From Gekko japonicus (Eukaryota): a stretch of 64,000 bases of DNA. The position numbers and the translations under genes are program-made. Each line of letters starts with the position of its first letter. The stretch's first letter is position 1. The stretch covers positions 1,074,243-1,138,242 of the forward strand of contig NW_015173683.1 in assembly GCF_001447785.1 (NCBI RefSeq), written 5' to 3'. Below, one piece after another: positions 38,161 to 49,290 of the stretch. Under the pieces are notes generated by a model. It saw only the letters and a list, made by a program, of their open reading frames with translations, made no database searches and was not told the origin of the DNA.

Positions 38161-39348
38161 CCCCTAACTCTTTTCACAATATGAAACAGTACTTGAATGA
38201 CTAACTCCCAAACAAAAGATACAACACGTACAATGTTTAAGAAGTTTTGGCTAAGGATTCACAGGACTCTAAAGATGCAAGTCATGTGTCTGGTGCCAAA
38301 TGCACAGCTGCTGAATTAGAACATCTTCCAATTTTGGACCAAAAAGCACCTATGTGGCTATCTTAGACAGAGCTAGAGTGTCCTCAGGCATTGAACATTG
38401 TGGTTTTATATTAATTAAAAAAATGAGTGAGAACTTAAAACCTGAAGTTGCATGTCTTATTTTGGGCTTTCAGAAATATCTTTTCTGGCCTTAATTGTGT
38501 AATTTAAATTAAGTGTCAAAGGGACTTGATACGGTTTATTTTGGCATCAGATTTAGCACTCTTTTAAAGATCTCATGGTTCATCAGTCCCTTGTGCACTG
38601 TGCAGATGTTGATGACCACCATTGTGGGGTAGTGGGAGTTGAAAAACAGTCCCCATAGCCCATGATTGCAGCTAGGGGTGATGGTGGTCAGTATGCAGAC
38701 AGTGGGAAATCTGGAAGAGGTTCTGGAACTCTGTTCTGGTGCATTCCCCCAGAAAAAAAAAGCCCTGCCCCTAACTCTTTTCACAATATGAAACAGTACT
38801 TGAATGACTAACTCCCAAACAAAAGATACAACACGTACAATGTTTAAGAAGTTTTGGCTAAGGATTCACAGGACTCTAAAGATGCAAGTCATGTGTCTGG
38901 TGCCAAATGCACAGCTGCTGAATTAGAACATCTTCCAATTTTGGACCAAAAAGCACCTATGTGGCTATCTTAGACAGAGCTAGAGTGTCCTCAGGCATTG
39001 AACATTGTGGTTTTATATTAATTAAAAAAATGAGTGAGAACTTAAAACCTGAAGTTGCATGTCTTATTTTGGGCTTTCAGAAATATCTTTTCTGGCCTTA
39101 ATTGTGTAATTTAAATTAAGTGTCAAAGGGACTTGATACGGTTTATTTTGGCATCAGATTTAGCACTCTTTTAAAGATCTCATGGTCCATCAGTCCAAAC
39201 CATCTGGCCCTTGTGCACTGTGCAGATGTCAATGACCACCATTGTGGGGTAGTGGGAGTCGAAAAACAGTTCCCATACTCATAGGGCTGTAGCCCATGAT
39301 TGCAGCTAGGGGTGATGGTGGTCAGTATGCAGACAGTGGGAAATCTGG
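38107..39348. repeat. ~607-bp tandem duplication (38107-38713, 38714-39348)
   Basis: First ~465 bp appear identical; last ~140 bp differ by two ~12-14 bp indels and several SNPs. Confidence 0.95.
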
Positions 39349-39385
39349 TTCTTCCAGGGCAAGCATGGGTAGTATATATATTAAA

Positions 39386-39781
39386 TAGTGGGTTTAACAC
39401 GGCAGAGGTGAAGGCAGAGTGATTTCAACAAGCAGCAGTTTATTGCATCTCAACAGGAATGTTTTACGTGGGGCAACTGCCCTAACTATATACACCTAAG
39501 CCACTCCCAGCCCCCATGCAATTGGTGAGTTCAAATGGCCTCCAGGCTCCAGATTGGCTGGCTGCCCTCAGGGGCCAATCCGCAGGCAGGTTCCAGGATC
39601 CTGTCTGCTTTTGTTCTGGGGCTTCAAGCTCCAACTAGGTGGCCTGTCCAGACAAGCCCAGCCATGCCTCCCCACTCTCTGTCTAAGTGGCCTGCCAGAC
39701 AAGTCCAGGCATGCCTCTTTATGCTGGCTACTAGCACCCACAGCAGTTAAGCCTGAGTGGAAGATGGCACATGTCCAGACA
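39386..39781 (-). mobile_element. Probable solo LTR
   Basis: Minus strand starts TGTCTGG, then CCAAT boxes, TATATA and AATAAA in promoter-to-polyA order; ttaaa direct repeat on both sides; other end reads TA rather than canonical. Confidence 0.5.
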
Positions 39782-41720
39782 TTAAAGTATATGTGAGCTG
39801 AAACTTGTTTTGGCTGCTACTTCTAATAAAACAAGTACAGAGTGGTATTGTCATCATTGGGCAGGCTATCACTCTTGCCTGCAAACAAGACTGACTGACT
39901 GGTGAATGGCATTCTATCACAGCTTTTTGTCCATTGCTCTGCAGGGGAACAGCCAAAAACAGCAGTATGAAAAGGGTTAGAAATATGGAAGAAACAAGCA
40001 GTAATGACTTTATCCTAATGTGCTATAGTCATACCTTGAAATTTGAACCTTGAGTTGAGTTGGCTAGCAAAATGGAAATTGACAATCGGTGAACGTTAAC
40101 CTATTGGGACAGGTGACCATCTAGTTTTCATTTTCTGTGCAGATATATGTAGATCTTTCCATGGTGGACTATATAGAACTGATCTGTCTGCCAACACAAC
40201 ATGAATTGTGCAGTTTTTAAGAATGATGGTCACCTTCTGAAAGTGAATTCCACAGCAGAATCAACATTAATATCGAGGACTATGATGGATGAAGGGGTCT
40301 CATGCCATCATTCTCAGTTTAGGTGGAAAGACTCAATTGGTGGAGAAACAGATTGTGCAAACCATGATCTATGAAACAGCTGCAAGAAGGTGGTGGTTGG
40401 GGGAAGCCAAAATTTCCAAATAATGGAGGAGAAGGATGGTTAGCTCTTCCCCTGACTTATCCTTTTTCTCTTCTATGGAAAAGAAGCTGGGTCAGAGGGA
40501 GTTTTAGCTTCTGACAATTTCAGAGTTTATCTATTTTCCACGAGTCTGAATTTTTCACATTTCAGGAAAGAATTGCTAAACAAATAGTATGCTCATCTGC
40601 TGTACTCTAGATTTGACACGTTCAAGAAAATGATATGCCAAGTGTATGAAACTGATAGTCACACTAAATATGCCGATCAGATGTGGTTCTCAAACCCATT
40701 CTGTATATTCCCAGTACACTCTTCTGTACCAACCAGGCTGTTTATCTGTCTAGTGTGGCAGAAAAGGGATGAGCCATTGTTCAGAAACTAGCCTGCTTTC
40801 AAGGTACTTGTGACTATTCCCAAAGAGGCGCTATCATGTTTAATATTTCAATGCCTTGATCTAGCTTGAAGGAATGTTGGCTTACACTCATTCTTCCATC
40901 CTTCCAGACACAGCGCTAGAAGATTGGTTCAATCCAAGCTGCCATGGCTTAGCTAGCTGCGCGGGGATGTTAGTTTCAAAGCTTTCTTAAACAGCGGGGA
41001 TGGTTCCCCCCCTCCTTTTCTCCCAGGGCTGTGTTAACAAATATAAAATATTCATGTGCTTTTGGGGAATGAAGCTTGCAAATTAACTGGTGGACTAGAA
41101 ACTGAGCTTAGTCGGAGAGCTTGATTCAGCGAGGGGAGAGAAAGTGCAGGCACGATCTAATCTCTTAAAGGCAGTTTTCTTTTGTAACACAAATGTAAGA
41201 ACTGATATTTGTATGATCTCTGAGGCCAAGTGTACATCTTAAAGCTGCTGACGGAGATCTGTTTTCTGTGCCCTTAGTCACTGCAGCTTTTTCTGCCAAA
41301 ATTCAATAGTTTTGATTTCTGCCTTGTTGGTATCTGCATGCTGGGAAAATTTTACTTCTTGAATTTCTGACTGCCAGGCAGCTCTTAAAATGGTGATCTT
41401 AAACTGGCATTTTTAACTGGAAGTCTCCTTCTCAAGTGAGGAAAGATAGTTGTGTATCTTTCCTCCCAACGGAACTATTTGCAGTCTGAAGTTCTTCTCT
41501 CAATGGCTCTTCTAGTTACCAGCTATCACTCAAGCCCTCTTGCAGCCCCAGTCTGCTTCAGATCAGCCCTTAGAGTGAGCTTGGGTGTAAGCTTTTCTCT
41601 TTGTATGTGATTTTCCAGATGTCTGACAAGCACTGTGAGAGAATCTGGGTGGATCCATTCATAATACAAAGCACATTTTAAGTGGCAAGCGAGGGAAGGG
41701 GCACTGTGGAGAATTCCAGG

Positions 41721-41928
41721 CAGGGGTCATTTCGTAGAAAAAGAGCTAGGGGGACTAATTAGCATAACTCATTAGCATATGCCCCACCCCCTGACATCAC
41801 CGGAAGTGTGTCCTCCCCACAGCCGGCAGCGACCTCCAGCAGGCACCAGCAGGAAGCTCCAGGCCCCGCCCTCCCGCACCTCACCCGGGGGGATGGCGTC
41901 CCCCCGCGTCCCCCCCAAATGACCCCTG
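41721..41928 (+). mobile_element. hAT MITE (CAGGGGTCATTT TIR)
   Basis: caggggtcattt / aaatgacccctg; same family as 36075-36403. Confidence 0.85.
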
Positions 41929-41999
41929 CCAGGCACCCCTGTCCTGTATCTTGGTCTGTATTATACTGGGTCAGTATTCTAAAAGGTTTCATTTGATAT

Positions 42000-42225
42000 G
42001 TTTATTTATTTAGGTACTGGTAACCTGCTTTTCTCCCCAGTGGAAATCCAAAGTGGCTTACAACATCATTCTCCTCTTCTTTATTTTATCTTTACAACCA
42101 CCACCCTTTAAGATTGGTTAGGCTTAAAGAGTGTGACTGGCCCAAGGATATATAGCAAGCTTCCGTGGCAGAGTGAGGATTCAGACCTGTATCTCCAGAA
42201 TCCTAATCTGATACCCTTAGATATC
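42000..42225 (-). mobile_element. Old tRNA/CORE (MIR-like) SINE
   Basis: tttatttattt tail, gtgtgactggcccaag, gcttccgtggcagagtgaggattcaga. Confidence 0.7.
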
Positions 42226-42345
42226 CATGAGTGAGGCACTGAGATATGGACCAACCCCAATTGTGTCAACAAATTTGTAAGCAGGTTGTGCAAGGGAGAT
42301 TCTGCTATTGTTTTTTCCCCCCATGATCCATCCTGCCACTAGAAT

Positions 42346-42846
42346 AGAGCCAGTTTGGTATAGTGGTTAGGAGCACGGACTCTAATCTGGGAGAACCAAA
42401 TTTGATTCCCCATGCCTCCACATAAAGCTGCTGGTATGACCTTGGGTCAGTTACAAGCAGTGTTCTCTCTAAGCTGAGTTGGTGTGAGCTAGCTCACAGT
42501 TTTGTAGCCTTCGGCTCACACACTTTTGTCTTCGCTCAGGAAGGATGGCTCCAGAGCCAACTAATTGATGCAGTAGCCAAGTTGCTCGCTCATAATTTTA
42601 ATGCCAGTAGCTCACAAAGCAGAATTTTTTCTCACAAGACTCCTCAGCTTAGAGGGAGCATTGGTTACAGGTTGCTTTGGAGCTGTTCTCTCATGAGAAG
42701 TTCTCTCGGACCTCTCTCAACCCCACCTACCTCACAGGGTGTCTGTTGTGGGGAGGAGAAGCAAAATAAGATTGTAAGTCACTCTTGAAACTCCTTTTGG
42801 TAGTGAAGGGTGGGGTATAAATCCAGTCTTCCAATCTCCTCCTCTT
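42346..42846 (+). mobile_element. Gecko-type tRNA/CORE SINE interrupted by hAT MITE
   Basis: agagccagtttggtatagtggtta head; ggggtataaatcca tail; MITE at 42458-42663. Confidence 0.85.
42458..42663. mobile_element. hAT MITE (CAGTGTTCCCTCTAAGCTG family)
   Basis: TSD gttacaag / gttacagg; inverted copy of 18352-18557. Confidence 0.85.
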
Positions 42847-44570
42847 AGCAGAAACCAATTTCTGTGCCGAAATCACTGTTGCTAGAATCAAGTGCATCCA
42901 TTAGATGGACTCTATAGACTTATCTGCGTGTGCCAATATAAACAGCTCCCAAATGCCCAATTCATTTCTATGTGCAAATTGGGGGAGGGGAAACAGTTTG
43001 TAAGTTCTTTTAGCAGTATTTAATTGGGGAATCAGACCTTGAGAGGGAGCGGCTCCCTAGAAGCCAGTTCTAAAGATCACAGCTTCAAGGCTTGTGTTAT
43101 ATATATTTGAAACATGACTTGTAATTAATAGATAAAATTGAACTTTACTTTTATATATCTGGATTACAAAAAAAAACTTTAAAACCACTCAGGAATCCCT
43201 GTATAGTTAGCACTGAAAAATTTAAATTAAAAATATATTGTGGAAGGTATTAGTAGCTTGCTAGTCCTTGATACACACAGAATTGCACTTCTTGTTCTTT
43301 TTAAAGATTTGGTTTGATTAGAAAGCAGTTAGAGCATATTCACATGGCACTTAAAATGTTCTAGGGTTTTAGATCAATGAACTCTACTTGTAATTAGCAG
43401 CAAGAGGACTAGATGGTACACTTTTCAGAGTGTAATTAGTACACTAATTGCGTTTGACTGTTTGACCATGCTTGCTTACTGTAATTGAGGTGGGACGGTG
43501 AACTCTTTCACCGGGTCTACTCTGGGTCTTAACTAATGACAATGTGATATAATGAAGTCTGCAGAGACGTCAAAACTGCTATAATAAATTTGACCTTTCC
43601 CAAGCCTGGGAAGGGGTGGGGGAGGATTTGGAAAGATTTTGAAAAAATGCACAGAGGCATTGAGGAGGGGCAGCAGTCTTGAATCATAAAATAAATGTAA
43701 TCTGTTGTTAAAAATGTCAAATTGCCAGCCCTGGATGGAGAAAAGAATAAAGCCCGACAGAGATCTGGGGGGGAAAGAACAATAATAAAGCAGAGATTTC
43801 ACTAGTGGACTATCTAATGGATAGGGTTGGATTATCTCAGTGGCGATGCTAGATTGAGGCTAGCCATGAGTATTGTTCTAAGAATAAAATTGGACTGTTG
43901 TTTAAACATCTGGAAAGCTTGCTTATTCAACTTAGTATCGGCTGTACCTTCTGCATCCTTTTCCTCACCCCTTACCTGGCAGATGGGTCTTAGCTGTTAC
44001 GGCTCTGCCTTTGCCTTTTACCTTATCATCCTGTTTATTTCTGCCCAGGTTTCCCCCCCACCCATTTTTCGGTTCTTGTCCTTACTGTAGTGGAAACACA
44101 ATGAAACTCTTCCTGTTACATTTGGAAAAGTCTCAGTATTGTGAAACAGCACTGTGTGACGATTGCTTTGGAGCTTTATCTTCTGGTGTTTTTCCTCTTA
44201 GGTATTGCTTATATAACAGAGTATAATGAGAGGCGAGGTGTGGAGGAATTACAGGGTAAAGAAAATGACTAGGGCCTGCATGGATTATGAATTCTTCAGA
44301 GATCGATTGCCTTCCACAAAAAGAAAGAGTTAGTGTGTGCACCCTTCATGAATGCATTTGTATTTCAATAATTCATGGAGGCTCTACCCCTAAATCTTGT
44401 ATGGGGCAGCATTTACTGTCTGATTCCTAAACTGAACAAGGTAGGGCTTGAGCTTCCTTCATTTGCCCCCAATTGTGGCTGACTCCTGAAGTTTGAACAG
44501 AAGTAGACTCAGCACATGCTGCAAGCTGTGGCCTGGCTCTCCCCCCGCCCCAAGTTACCATAGAATTATT

Positions 44571-44864
44571 GAAAAGAAGAGAAGAGATTGGATTTATACC
44601 CCACCCTTCACTACCCAAAGGTGTCTCAGAGCAGTTTACAAACTCCTTTCCCTTCCCCTCCCCACAATAGACACCCTGTGAGGTAGATGGGGCCGAGAGA
44701 GCTCTGACAGAAACTGCTCTTTTTCAAGAACAGCTCTGACAGAAATACAGCTTGCCCAAGGTCATCCAGCCAGGTGCAAGTGGAGGAGTGGGGAATCAAA
44801 CCCGGTTCTCCCAGATTAGAGTCCGCGCACTTAACCCTTAACCACTACACCAAACTGGCTCTCT
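44571..44864 (-). mobile_element. Gecko-type tRNA/CORE SINE (Squam3-like), full length
   Basis: Minus strand agagagccagtttggtgtagtggttaag..gggtttgattcccc..ggggtataaatccaatctcttctcttct. Confidence 0.88.
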
Positions 44865-46084
44865 CAGAAAGAAGATTCATGGGGGATGATAAATACTGCT
44901 GGACACAGTTCATTTTAAGTGTCTGCTATTGTTGATGTTGCAGATGAATTGGGTTTCAAAGGAATCCCTTATAAATTCTAAGGGGAGATGAAACTTTGAA
45001 GGAAACCAGCAACAAAAGCCCCATAACATTTTGCAGTATGCTCCTGGGCTGTAAGATAATATACCAGTAAGTGAATAAAAATGCATTAATAGCAATTGGA
45101 AGGGGAGCTTGGTCATCAGACTCTTCATTAGGAAATAAAGCTGCATATTTACGGTTGATTTAGGGTTAAAGGCAGTGGTGCTTGGTGCCCATTAAGGCTG
45201 GTTGGGTGGCAGCATCCCATACTACTGATCTGCAAAACAGATAATAAGCAAAACAAACTACAGATTTTTGGACTGTGCTTCTAACACGCTGTTCGTATTC
45301 TGTAAATATGCAGTTAATTCACTGACTGATCAAACCTTAGCAAACCAGCATAAGTTGCTACATACGTTGGTTGAACAGAATCAGCAGCCAGAAGAAGCAC
45401 CAGTTCCACCAGACATCAGTCACATCCCAGACTACTGCTTTCCTCCTCTGCCAGGGAATAGCTTCAGCAGAAGATCTCTTGGCCAAGCAGAAAGGAGCAG
45501 CTCTTCATGTGAGAAGCCGATGCTGGATTTTAAATAAAATCTTTAAATGATTCCCCCCCCCAGATGTTTTAAGCTTCTTTGGGCACATTCCTAGAGGGGT
45601 GGCACAAAAAATGTCTTAAATAAATAAATGCCACAGCATAAACCAGCGGGCTGGCCTAGGCCAAACTGTGCCCGTCCACTGAGCATACTAGCACATCAGG
45701 CCAGTGTGAAGGCCTTGGTTGCCTCCCTGATTGACTGGTAGAGTCTGTGAGTGTTGAATGCTTGCCAGAAAATGTTTGCCCATAAAACACACAGAGTTAT
45801 GTCAGTTTCAAACTAATAAGAATCCTTTATTCAAGGAACTACATTCTAGATAGTGAAGGTTGAGAGATAGAGATAGAATCTAATCTAAACCAGCTAGATG
45901 GATGCGGATGGAGAATGCCTGTCCTGCATCCATAGTGGCAAAGATGGAAAGTGTGTGCTCTTTCTTTGTGTGTGTGAGAGAAAGTGTCAAGCCGGAAGGA
46001 AGGAAGTCTTGACCCTAAGAACAGCATTCTACTTCAAAGGATAGTATCAGATAGTAGGAAGGAAAGGATGACCTGTGTGTGTCC

Positions 46085-46417
46085 TAGGCTTGCCAAGTTC
46101 CCCCGGGGGGCGGAGAAACCCCTGCCCCAGAGGCCCGTTCCCCGCCGCCAGCGGATCAGGCCCTGGGGAGGAGTGGGGAATCAAAGCCAGTTCTTCCAGA
46201 TTAGAGTCCGGGCTCTTAACCACTACACCAAACTGGCCAAGAGATCTCCTGGGATTACAATTTATCTCCAGATTCCAGAGATCAATTCTCCTGAGGAAAT
46301 GGCTGCTTTGGAGAGTGGATTCTATGACATTAGGTCCCTCCTCTCCCCAACTCCTGCCTTCCCCAGGCTCCACCCCCAAATCTCCAGAAATGTTCCAAAT
46401 CAGATTTGGCGACCCTA
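46085..46417. mobile_element. hAT-type MITE (TAGGGTTGCCA family) containing a SINE head fragment (46168-46238)
   Basis: taggcttgcca ... tggcgacccta; internal gaggagtggggaatcaaa..ccactacaccaaactggc. Confidence 0.7.
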
Positions 46418-47567
46418 CTAACAGGCCCACCTCCCCTAATTAAATGTATCTAGGCAAAATTTTGTATGTGAGCTTGGGCAAGTCATTCAAATGGTTTGTC
46501 CCTTCCAGTCCTTTGGGACATGATCAACTTGAAACTTGCGACTTCTTACCTTAGGTAATATTACAAGACTGTTTGATCAAGAAAATACTGAAGCAAAAGG
46601 CAACCCTTATATCATTGGAAACGGATGTATAGATCAGTCCTCAGTTTCCTTCTTTTCTACCCAAGTGAATATCTGCCTACATTCAAGACCATCTGAAATT
46701 TATGTGGAAGAATGTTTTATTTTTTTTAAACTGTCAAAATTTCTTCTAGTATATGACTTTACCTTCAATACACGTGGTGGTGTATCATTTGGAGGTAGTT
46801 TTATACAAGGCCTTTCCTCCTGTCTGAAAATGAATGAACTGGCTGATTTGTCACATGTACATGCTTGGAGCCCTGCTATAGTTTTTAAAAAAATGAAAAA
46901 CAGCTTCAGGGGAGAGGAGTATATACTTGGAGAAGTATATGAGGGGAGTATTTAAACCTTTTATCTAATTCCATGCTGCTCCAATTCAGGTGACGTTCCA
47001 AGCGTATATTTGCAAACAAGAAATCAAATCAAGTCACGTTTGCTATGAGTTTAACTTTGCTTGGACCATGTTGAAACCCTTTAGAAATGTGTTTAATAAA
47101 ACCTAAGTAAAACTACATAGGAATGATACAGATTTGTCAAAACATTCTTACTCTCTGCTATTATTAAACTAGTCAAAATAGTGAAATCTTATCTTGATAC
47201 TGATTCTAGTTTTAGATATAATAATTTTTGCATATAGAAAATCATATGGAAACATACCCTTTAGTTCAGATAGTCTGCTGGCTTCATAGCAATGAAAAAT
47301 ACTTTCAAACAAAAATATATGAAAAACCTACATATTAAATGCTTTAATTATTGGCTTCAAACCTAAAATGTAAAAAAAGGATTAGGCAGATTTAGGTAGC
47401 CTTATTGATGGCAAAAATTACTTCATTTCACATTTGACAACATTCCTGTGGGTATCGGATTGGTGAGAAAAAGATACAGGGAATTCCTTGGTAATGTTTC
47501 TGTGTAGTGAAATGAAAGTAAGTTTGACAAAGAACAGCAGATTCCAATGTGTTCAAGCCAATGACAC

Positions 47568-47614
47568 CTGAAAACCGACTGAAAACCGACTGAAAACCGA
47601 CTGAAAACCGACTG
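47568..47614. repeat. Minisatellite (CTGAAAACCGA)x4
   Basis: Four perfect 11-bp units. Confidence 0.95.
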
Positions 47615-48606
47615 GCTGGAAGTGGTAAATCCATTAAATAAAATGTGTGCTAGTATAGTTTGGATAGTACACAAAGCTAACTAACTGGGATAGAACCAAC
47701 AGGATGTTGTGAGACGCTTGCTTCTGTCAAACCCACCCAACATTCAAGAGGATTAAGCGTCTCATTATTGCTCCTGCACATGGAAATATCTCTGCTACTG
47801 TTTGATTGCCCCTCAGCCTTCTGTTGTCTGCTGGGCTGGTGATGGCAAAGACAACATGTCACCCTCCTAATCTGATCTGACAAATGAACAATTGTATCGT
47901 TTCTTGGTAAATTTGCAAGACGGCTTCAGTAGCTCTGTTTTTGGAGCAAAAGGGCAGGGAGGAGCCACCCTTCTGAACATTAGTGAGGATGTGTCACTGC
48001 TTGCCAAGAAGTGGGTAAGGCTGAGAGTATTTCATGCCCGAGTGTCAGGAATAGATTATGTATAGAGGCTGTACAGTCTAAGTTCTGTACAGCTTTTTTG
48101 TCATTGTCTTTAAAATCACCATGCTATTATGGTCACTTTCCATCCATGTGTGCTGTAGCTAATGAGTGGAAGTCATTTAAATTTGCTCACAATTAAATAG
48201 GGTTGGGGTGGGGTTTTTTTGCATTTAAGCTATTTCTGATTTGGCATACTTTGTGTAGTCCTGCTTTCATTGAAGCATAGGGTAATCATTGTTATATGGA
48301 CCGATCTGTTGGCGTTGATAAGAATTTAGTCTCAGTATAAAATGTTTATAAGTCTCAATATAAGATGCTAACTGAATTTTTTTGTGCCTTCAAATTAAAT
48401 AGTATCCTTAGACGTTCAGTAGATATACCTGTAAGGTGATCGTTGGCCGTGATCCTTTCAGTGGAAATTATAGTGCGTTGCGGTTGTTATTTTATTAGAT
48501 TTTTATCCTGCCTCTCTCCCAGAATGGGGCTTGGGGCAGCTCACAACACGACAGCACAGCAGCAATAATACCATAGTTCTAATAAAATCAAAGGACTACT
48601 GCTGAT

Positions 48607-48822
48607 TTTGCCAGCCTCAAGGTGGGGACTTGGAGATCTCCTGGAATTACAACTGACCTGCAGACTACAGAGATCAGTTCCCCTGGAGAGAATAGCTGTT
48701 TTGGAGAGTGGACTGTATAGTGTTAGAGCCAACTGAGGACCCTCCCCTCCCCACACCCCAGCCTTCCCAAGCTCTGTCTCCTAAATCTCCAGGAATTTCT
48801 CAACCCAGAGCTGGAAACCCTA
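48607..48822 (-). mobile_element. hAT-type MITE (TAGGGTTGCCA family)
   Basis: ggagatctcctggaattacaactga..ctggaaacccta; another partial copy at ~52983-53150. Confidence 0.7.
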
Positions 48823-49162
48823 ACTACTGTGCATGTCACAACAGAAGATGAGGTCCTGTGTCTCCTCCCTGGGTTGTTGGCATGCATTTGCTACCATCTG
48901 AAGGGACAGGAGTTAGATGTTTTTTAACATATGAGCCCTATTCACAGGTTCTAGTGAACACATAAACAGTCTGTGTACAGTGCCCATGTAGTCTTTCTTT
49001 ATACGTGCATTGAATAATTCTCATGTGTTCAATGCATCTACAGCTGAACATATGACTTCAACCCCATATCATCCAGATACTGGTCACCGTTTTCATTTGT
49101 AAAGTGAAAGTGTATGTTGGCTGTTTCTTACAAACAGATATATCCATGCTTATGCAGGATGC

Positions 49163-49290
49163 ACATGGATGAAGAGTTCCGGAGAATCCGAAAGCACTGT
49201 CTTTTGCTGTTTCGGTGGGTCTTGGTAAAGGTATTCAGTGGCTTTTTGTGTCTGGATTTTGTTAGGACCAACACCGCTATCTGCATCTCT
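49163..49290 (+). mobile_element. Degenerate PLE terminal repeat with hammerhead-like motif
   Basis: gGATGAAgagttc-cgga-gaatccGAAAgc followed by aaaggtatt..gaccaacaccgctatc, resembling the PLE end at 24960-25090. Confidence 0.55.

Noticed and set aside
46536-46955. 139-aa ORF in unique sequence
   Set aside because: Non-ATG start, AT-rich random composition, no recognised domain
47568-47614. CRISPR-like direct repeats
   Set aside because: No spacers, 11-bp unit, vertebrate context; simple minisatellite
47871-48013. Open frame ending at a G|GTAAGG donor-like site
   Set aside because: No convincing acceptor and no recognised homology; insufficient support
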